64,000 nt of DNA from Promethearchaeota archaeon. GTDB taxonomy: Archaea > Asgardarchaeota > Lokiarchaeia > Sigyniarchaeales > SOKP01. Below are positions 59,601 through 64,000 of the stretch, piece by piece. Position 1 is the stretch's first letter; every line of letters begins with the position of its first letter. The stretch lies in NCBI GenBank assembly GCA_016930515.1, contig JAFGGO010000074.1, positions 4,790-68,789 on the forward strand, read 5' to 3'. The translations under genes were made by a program, and so were the position numbers. The notes beneath the pieces were generated by a model that ran no database searches, was not told the origin of the DNA, and worked only from the letters and a program-made list of their open reading frames with translations.

Positions 59601-59910
59601 AATCGTGAAGACCGTGCCATTGATCAATTATAGATTCGTGTATATCACCTTCCAACTCGTCAAAATTCTTCAAGTATTCCTTCATTTGTTCTTTGTGACT
59701 TTTCTTAATATGATCCGTCATGTAATAAGTTAACTCTCTTAACGAATGGGCGGATTGGTAGATGTGTTCGGGATTTTCCTTGTCTTCCTTGACCATGATG
59801 GCTCCTTGATACATTGCGGAAAGGTCTTTTTCGCTGAAAGTCTGCTCTTTTAAAATTTGTATTACTTTTAATTGTTTCTGGGAAAACTGAAAACTCGGGC
59901 TTGATGACAT
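56623..59910 (-). CDS. Large (1095 aa) predicted all-helical repeat protein, unknown function
   Basis: Long uninterrupted ORF with visibly higher GC than the flanks. No catalytic or NTPase motif recognised. Confidence 0.75.
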   Translation of the reverse strand: MSSSPSFQFSQKQLKVIQILKEQTFSEKDLSAMYQGAIMVKEDKENPEHIYQSAHSLRELTYYMTDHIKKSHKEQMKEYLKNFDELEGDIHESIIDQWHGLHDYFVKLCHHRISIINYGTFENNLRLLENIVLSIHGPIYDSMSELDALLENENPTMETVETALSLIKNMSAYEYFFKNLKHPNWLELLDQKGTFNKTPLLGENCVEPLYLLKIARNKPDKVLEIILRHSDTDHLGARFYFIKCLIDMPIKHAKTMIKQIKKWMGQLPTYDPSIYSVIKNLALKLIEEGTEKEAFNLIWSIVEIKCEIIEHDQKLQAQLDQKFNQYWELTDKDHSTFYGYPNFNLGDSFQEETESYSYRSMLNDLFPKMINKYPLKTIRLILTNLQVSISLFLQNRDKTSINDQSLYWRKRIDEKPIHLNFRNILVDFARDGIEHVGKNAKDSFPDVITLLKQYNYLIFRRLEYHAYRKFPSLSEDFLVQIDFSKAIFKDIEKNFELFLLMENQFKNMPEKTQSDYVDFIVNQDAEIKHFWEDKEEKPSKKVIEHYIKHRQKELLKPIYKYLDGESFAELGFSISEIESIELFKDEGVIIGDFSPLTDSELEEKSLEELESFLVAYEDKKLFQSSKVGLGRQIRDHIPNNPDKFIQLLDASLKQPKLHRYASFVIDGLNNSLKIEIPLNLKELLEILEEITKELIISEESSQFKANHRRDILWSVADFLRVSLYSDAILLDFETKIWAIIETLLKERSLTIEKEIQDIGKNWMPWQTRLSSVFGVSLECVFSYLSWVKDSDRNQEFYSKALKLLESLFQEPLHTTSYIIGYHITFLYDINPGWVEANINEIFPLEDAKLDFFEAAWSGYLHRNRVTINSFELLRPFYLYSIEKIKDEPKLVPIPTEYLASHITLSYIDGLEDVKDEKSLIRRFFENAPDDVRKVLVRNIGVNLQKYKEEEDFEKIKERLMDLFDFRLECVRTGNPSEYQEELQGFSYWFKHSIFDKDWTIDRYLELLRLAKNGNSYYIIDILKEYASEFPVQTLECLKIIGEKHISYGFILFESEFKDVLSTILKSGNEDAKEEVVEYINHLLKRNLHTFKDLLE

Positions 59911-60180
59911 GATTTTTTCACTTGTTAGGGATTTTTTTTGTCTATATTTTTTGCTTTGCCAAGTCGAAATTGTTAATTCTGGACGGAAGATTTCGTCACG
60001 TTTAGTTTGATGAAGATAATTCTTTGTTCGCTTATATATTATCGCGATGGTTGGTTAATAAAGCGCCAAGGAACGGAAACGAGGCAACATGGAATTTGGT
60101 TAAAAAGGTCAATTTCGTGAGAGCTTGCGGGTGTAATCGATATTGTGGGACCAAAAGTAAATTCGGGTCGATAGAGGGAA

Positions 60181-60256
60181 TGGTGAGCCCAGAGAGGATT
60201 GAACTCTCGATTTTCGCGGTGTAAGCGCGACGTCATGACCACTAGACCATGGGCTC
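60181..60256 (-). tRNA. tRNA-Val (anticodon UAC), CCA encoded
   Basis: Manual cloverleaf: acceptor GAGCCCA/TGGGCTC; anticodon stem TCGCG/CGCGA with loop CTTACAC; T-arm GAGAG-TTCAATC-CTCTC; discriminator A; CCA. 76 nt. Confidence 0.9.
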
Positions 60257-60286
60257 AAAACGTGGTGTTATAAAATCGTGTAGGAG

Positions 60287-60294
60287 TTATATAA
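60287..60294. promoter_or_regulatory. Palindromic TATA-like box TTATATAA, possibly bidirectional
   Basis: Lies about 30 nt from the 5' end of tRNA-Val (minus strand) and about 30 nt from the start of the GC-rich element (plus strand). This matches archaeal TATA spacing. Confidence 0.35.
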
Positions 60295-60323
60295 TCCGAG
60301 AAAATTTTAATACTTTTTCATGT

Positions 60324-60404
60324 GCCGCACGGGGCGATGGGGGCGCCGTTCGGGATCGATGCGAACCTTCGATCGATTGCGATCGGATCGTGGAAATTGC
60401 GGCG
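60324..60404 (+). ncRNA. Candidate structured small RNA (GC-rich island between two tRNA genes)
   Basis: About 60% GC against AT-rich flanks. A terminal helix GCCGCA/TGCGGC closes the element. Internal direct repeats GATCGATGCGA and GATCGATTGCGA. Followed by A6-GGGG-T5 and a perfect 8-bp hairpin (60424-60442). No family recognised. Confidence 0.25.
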
Positions 60405-60515
60405 AAAAAAGGGGTTTTTGGTGCCATGTCCGAGGGACATGGAAAAATATTAAAGGTTCGGTTCGTTATTGATTAATTATTAGAAACGGATTATTAAACC
60501 TAATAATAAGCGCGT

Positions 60516-60599
60516 GCAGACGTTGCATAGCCTGGTAATGCGCTGGATTGCTAATCCAGTGTCCGAACGGACCCGAGGGTTCGAATCCCTCCGTCTGCG
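60516..60599 (+). tRNA. tRNA-Ser (anticodon GCU), no encoded CCA
   Basis: Acceptor GCAGACG/CGTCTGC; 3-bp D stem; anticodon stem CTGGA/TCCAG with loop TTGCTAA; long variable arm (GTCC-GAAC-GGAC); T-arm GAGGG-TTCGAAT-CCCTC; discriminator G. Confidence 0.9.
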
Positions 60600-60680
60600 C
60601 TTTTTATAAATATTATAGCTATTATCAATTCAAGGTCTTCTAAATCTTCAACTCAGAACAAAACATTAGTAAAGTGAAAT

Positions 60681-62003
60681 TTAAATTTCTGAATTAAGCA
60701 TATTAAGTTCCTCTTCGCTGAGATAATCGAGATATCCCTCGTTGGTTAGAAACTCGATAACCGAAGCGCATCCAGACGAGTAGCGCTTGGCAATTTCGTC
60801 CTTGAAGACCCTTAAAGCCGTCTTGTCCCCCGCTTCGGCGAGTTTTTTGAGCAAGGGAAACGCCACGTTCGAGTGAAGCGCTCGGGTGTCGTACTCAAGC
60901 TCGGTCCACGCTTGAAAATTCGAGCAATGAGCCCAAAAGAGCTCGCTCGCAGAGAGTTCATAAGGATTATTGAAATACTGCTCGTGTTCTCCTGGAGCAA
61001 TTTTTTCGGCGTATTTTTCCACGAGCTCGTCGATCGAATCGATCTCAAGCCCGCCTTTCCACGCCCCTCCGGGAGGAACGTGGACGAACACGCTCATACA
61101 GTTGCGAACCCGTCTCCCGTTGACGTAAACGTAGGTCCAAGCACGCTCGAGCTTGACGGTCAGGAATTCGTTAACCTTGCAAACCTGGCTTGGCGGGAGT
61201 CTCTGGTAAATGAAGGAGTAATGCACCTTTTCCCGTTCGAAGGCTTGGTGCCACTCGTAGGGATTCTCGTTGTAATTATATTTTTTGGCGAATTCCTCGT
61301 CCCAGTTCCCGTCTTCGTGCCTTCGAACGTCTTTATCGAATCCGAGTTCCCACATGGTCTCGACCAGCTCGTCCCTTTCGGCGGGCTCCCGCTGGTCGCA
61401 GTAAAGGCTTTCGCACGTTATATCGTCGATGGTAAGCGGCGAGGGAAGCTTGAGGAGGCACTCCGGGTCGACGGACTTGATGGGGTTGTTTCTCACTCCG
61501 ATGTATTCCAGGCGAGGCAAGGTAAAAAGGTTTTCAAGTCTTGAAATTTGATTATTGTCAAGATTTAAATTCACGAGTTTGGGCAAGTTTTTGATTTTTT
61601 GAATTTTTTGTATTTTATTATGTGAAAGGTCGAGTTTAAGAAGGTTTTGGAGATTGTTATTATCATCAATACATATTCGTTCAATATTGTTTCCAGATAG
61701 ATTTAAAATACTAATATTGTTAATAGAGGATAAACCATTTAATTCGACAAGTGAGGTGATTCTGTTATTGTGAAGATCCAAACGATTCAAACTATTTAAT
61801 TCATTAAAATTATCTATATTATCCAAGGATGTAATTACATTATTTGATAGATCCAATACTTTTAAACTTTTAAATGGTTTTAAATCAGGGATTTGGGCCA
61901 TACTTGTTAAATTACATCTAAACCAGAGTTCTTCGATTGAGGTATCATTGTATAAGAAGTCCTCATCAATAGGAAGCGATTTTATCTTCTTATATCTTCT
62001 CAT
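60681..62003 (-). CDS. LRR protein with a C-terminal domain of unknown function; compositionally chimeric
   Basis: N-terminal SDS22-like LRRs (LDLSNNVITSL, LDLHNNRITSL, LNLSGNNIERI, LDLSHNKIQKI, LNLDNNQISRL). The 280-aa C-terminal domain ends in HSNVAFPLLKKLAEAGDKTALRVFKDEIAKRY. Confidence 0.75.
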   Translation of the reverse strand: MRRYKKIKSLPIDEDFLYNDTSIEELWFRCNLTSMAQIPDLKPFKSLKVLDLSNNVITSLDNIDNFNELNSLNRLDLHNNRITSLVELNGLSSINNISILNLSGNNIERICIDDNNNLQNLLKLDLSHNKIQKIQKIKNLPKLVNLNLDNNQISRLENLFTLPRLEYIGVRNNPIKSVDPECLLKLPSPLTIDDITCESLYCDQREPAERDELVETMWELGFDKDVRRHEDGNWDEEFAKKYNYNENPYEWHQAFEREKVHYSFIYQRLPPSQVCKVNEFLTVKLERAWTYVYVNGRRVRNCMSVFVHVPPGGAWKGGLEIDSIDELVEKYAEKIAPGEHEQYFNNPYELSASELFWAHCSNFQAWTELEYDTRALHSNVAFPLLKKLAEAGDKTALRVFKDEIAKRYSSGCASVIEFLTNEGYLDYLSEEELNMLNSEI

Positions 62004-62061
62004 ATTTAATTGACCTCTTTATTCTATTAATTATTAATGGAATTTAAACATATAGTGTACG

Positions 62062-63230
62062 CTAAAATGCTAAATTATTTCGATATTTGAATAACCTCAT
62101 TGCTCGATAGAATCCAGGAAGAATTTCATACGAATTTGGATTCAGATATGTTCCATCATATTGAATCGGATTTCCAGTCGAATCAATAATAATAGAACTA
62201 ATGAATGAATAAAACTCAGATTCCTTGTCTTTGATTTTTAAATAATCAAGCCCGCGGTATCCTTCCTGATCCTCTATTAGATCAATGAAAATCTTCCAGG
62301 CTCTCTTCAAATTTTCATTGTTTGAGTTTAAAATAATATCGTTTAATTCCTTAAAATCAATGTAATAATGAATTTTCTCCCATTCTTTATCGACTTTCAT
62401 AAGGTAATCCATGTACAGCACGGGATCGGACATGGGAATTCTTAATTGGTTGTAATTCAAGTCTATCGACCTCACGAGGTCCATCTCCGAATAGAGCCGT
62501 TCGAAAAAACGGTTGAATTGTTGAATAGCGAACCTTGTTTGAGAAGAAACGCTCCCCTCAGGATAAAGACATCCCGTTCGGGTTAACGTGCATAGTACAT
62601 TTTGGAATTTCGTATTGACCTCGACGCCGTTGAGCTGATCCGAAAGGCTACAGTCAACCCCCTTCCCCGCAAGGATCATCGTGAGGACTTTCGCAAGCGT
62701 GACGAGATTGTTCTTGTCGTTAGCACCGTCTTGAGCGTTCAGGTCAAGCATGTGTGTCTCAAGATAATAAGCGGCAATTGGCCGATCTTTTCGATAATTA
62801 TAGAAAGGTACTCGGAAGTAGAGCTTGTCGACATTAATTTCAGGGCTTTGACAGAACGATTGAACTTCAGCGTATAATTTGGCCTTGAGCTCGTTAAAGT
62901 GAGAAACGGCAGAGAGTTCCTCAAACCTTAGGGCGTTATAGAAATATGTGTCAATTTCCATCTTGTATTCAGAGTAATATGCATTGCCATACACTCCTGG
63001 CAGCCCATATTTGTCTACCAACTCAAATATTTCCTCGGATGTAAATTCAATTTTATATTCCGTATTACCTTTCGTCCACGCAATTACTTGCTTATCCTGA
63101 AGCGTTCGGCTCGTCTTGGTGGGATCGTTGTGGTCGTTAAACCAGTCGGCGAAGAACTCGAGGGCGAATCGATGCCTGTAGGCGGTCTGGCTGGCGTCGT
63201 CCTTCTTGATGTTCGAACAATCTTACTAGT
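62062..63230 (-). pseudogene. ORF with no canonical start over its first 69 codons (5'-truncated gene or non-canonical start), unknown function
   Basis: The tracked ORF begins at TTG 63021. The frame is open and coding-like (GC-rich codons) up to TAG-TAA at 63236-63231, with no ATG/GTG/TTG in between. Composition breaks sharply at 63230. Confidence 0.4.
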
Positions 63231-63300
63231 TAATAAAAAATATAAGATAAAGAATGTTCAATAATTATTGCGTAAAAATTGTAAATAATTTAAGGAGAAT

Positions 63301-63735
63301 TTATGTTGTTAAATGTACTATCTTCCCGGGTTTATGGTTGATAATGCTTTCTCTTAACTCATTTAAACAAAATTCTCGTTCTTCCCTCCAAAATTCAGGC
63401 CATTTATGCTTTTCGCGTTGAAAATCAGATGCAATTAATATTTTTTCATTTAAATCTTCACTAATTTCAGCACCAGTTAATAACACAAAATATCCCAAAA
63501 CTTGATAAGCAATCCTTTTTTGAGTCAATACTATGAGAGTGCCATTTAAAGCATCGATATACCCAAGAACTTTGCTTAAATTTTTTTCAAATATTTCCTT
63601 TTTAAGGGGACTCTTTTTTGGATCAAGTTTATTATCTAAAAATGTTCCAAGATCGAGATCCCAAAACTCAGTCAACTTACTTTCTAAATCCATTTGAAAA
63701 CTTCCTTGCATTATACCTGGACCATCTGTTCCCAT
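63301..63735 (-). CDS. Small protein, DUF4259-like (tentative)
   Basis: 144 aa. The N-terminus MGTDGPGIMQGSFQMDL resembles the MGxWGxGxFxxDxxxD start of DUF4259 proteins, from memory only. Confidence 0.3.
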   Translation of the reverse strand: MGTDGPGIMQGSFQMDLESKLTEFWDLDLGTFLDNKLDPKKSPLKKEIFEKNLSKVLGYIDALNGTLIVLTQKRIAYQVLGYFVLLTGAEISEDLNEKILIASDFQREKHKWPEFWREEREFCLNELRESIINHKPGKIVHLTT

Positions 63736-63774
63736 TTATTGTTCCACTTGTTTTAATGTTTAATTTTTTTTTTA

Positions 63775-64000
63775 TTAAATAGGTTCCCAAGCCCATAATT
63801 CGAGTCCTATTGACTTGAATGTAAAGACATCACCCTCTTGTATAGAGTGATATTTCAAACTATTAGGATTTATTGGAAATATATCATCATTGATTTGAAT
63901 TCCATGATATTCCGGGATATGATCATAAATTAATTTAAAATATTCTGGAATATTCCATTTTTTTTGGATTTTATATTTTCCAATATATTTTCCAGTTAAA
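63775..64000 (-). CDS. 3' end of a gene (5' end outside window), SMI1/KNR4 (SUKH)-like (tentative)
   Basis: Manual translation: ...LTGKYIGKYKIQKKWNIPEYFKLIYDHIPEYHGIQINDDIFPINPNSLKYHSIQEGDVFTFKSIGLELWAWEPI*. The WNIPEYFKLIY segment resembles the SUKH 'lP.dyk.fl' signature. Confidence 0.3.
   Translation of the reverse strand, partial: LTGKYIGKYKIQKKWNIPEYFKLIYDHIPEYHGIQINDDIFPINPNSLKYHSIQEGDVFTFKSIGLELWAWEPI

Noticed and set aside
60324-60404. Reading the GC-rich element as an intron-containing or unusual tRNA.
   Set aside because: A 6-bp terminal helix and a possible D-arm exist. However, no T-arm (GTTCRANYC) can be placed before the 3' strand on either strand, and the putative anticodon loop lacks U33.
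60024-60476. ORFs 60024-60224 (+), 60039-60242 (-) and 60249-60476 (+) from the track.
   Set aside because: The first two run straight through tRNA-Val. The third spans the promoter spacer and the GC-rich structured block. None has coding-like periodicity or motifs.
60873-61544. 223-aa plus-strand ORF antisense to the GC-rich half of the LRR gene.
   Set aside because: Long antisense ORFs are expected in GC-rich DNA, which has few stop codons. The minus-strand frame continues seamlessly from the LRR array and carries sensible domain sequence, whereas this ORF has none.
60290-63230. Diversity-generating retroelement (template/variable repeat pair) as the explanation for GC-rich patches near a variable C-terminal domain.
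   Set aside because: There is no reverse transcriptase in the window. By eye I found no pair of ~100-nt near-identical repeats differing at adenines; only short GATCGAT-type similarities occur.
63210-63232. GTTCGAA at the 63230 compositional break as a second tRNA-Ser attachment-site remnant.
   Set aside because: Only 7 nt match the tRNA-Ser T-loop region, and the flanks do not match. This is indistinguishable from chance.
1-64000. CRISPR arrays, rRNA genes, IS elements, transposases or integrases.
   Set aside because: No regularly spaced direct repeats were found. No ORF carries DDE, tyrosine- or serine-recombinase motifs. No rRNA-like GC-rich long non-coding stretch was seen. The nucleotide repeats at 54.9-55.6 kb and 61.56-61.9 kb are simply the LRR coding units.

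Overview
AT-rich (by eye about 30-33% GC), densely packed archaeal chromosomal segment with about 75 genes. No rRNA, CRISPR array, transposase or integrase was recognised.

Core content:
- TldD/PmbA, purB-purM, nadC, nadK, an FGGY kinase and a PfkB kinase.
- Cdc48, FEN1, Nob1-like, aIF5A, SRP54, Dpo4 and AMMECR1.
- Acyl-CoA dehydrogenase, a PPi-type phosphofructokinase and a four-subunit 2-oxoacid:ferredoxin oxidoreductase.
- Sua5, Cgi121 and Pcc1 (t6A/KEOPS).
- A long minus-strand proteasome/exosome superoperon (psmA-SBDS-Rrp4-Rrp41-Rrp42-L37Ae-Pcc1-PfdB), extended by DHH-EcfA-EcfA-EcfT-Cgi121.

Two tandem profilin-like genes, Roadblock/longin-like proteins and LRR proteins suggest an Asgard (Loki-like) lineage. 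This is inference.

The right-hand ~10 kb (54-64 kb) is accessory. In order it holds an LRR-TIR fusion protein, a tRNA 3' fragment, a 1095-aa orphan with raised GC, tRNA-Val(UAC), a GC-rich structured spacer, tRNA-Ser(GCU), an LRR gene whose composition switches abruptly from ~27% to ~53% GC inside the ORF, a GC-patchy ORF with no start codon ending at a sharp compositional break, and two small immunity-protein-like genes.

Two sequence-level oddities elsewhere:
- FEN1, aIF5A and PFK all encode conserved N-termini upstream of any in-frame ATG/GTG/TTG. Each has an ATG displaced by exactly +1 (ATGA...) and a near-cognate codon (ATC, ACG, ATA) where Met is expected.
- PFK carries a 31-nt GC-rich insert. 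Removing it exactly restores the canonical TGGGDCPGLN motif.
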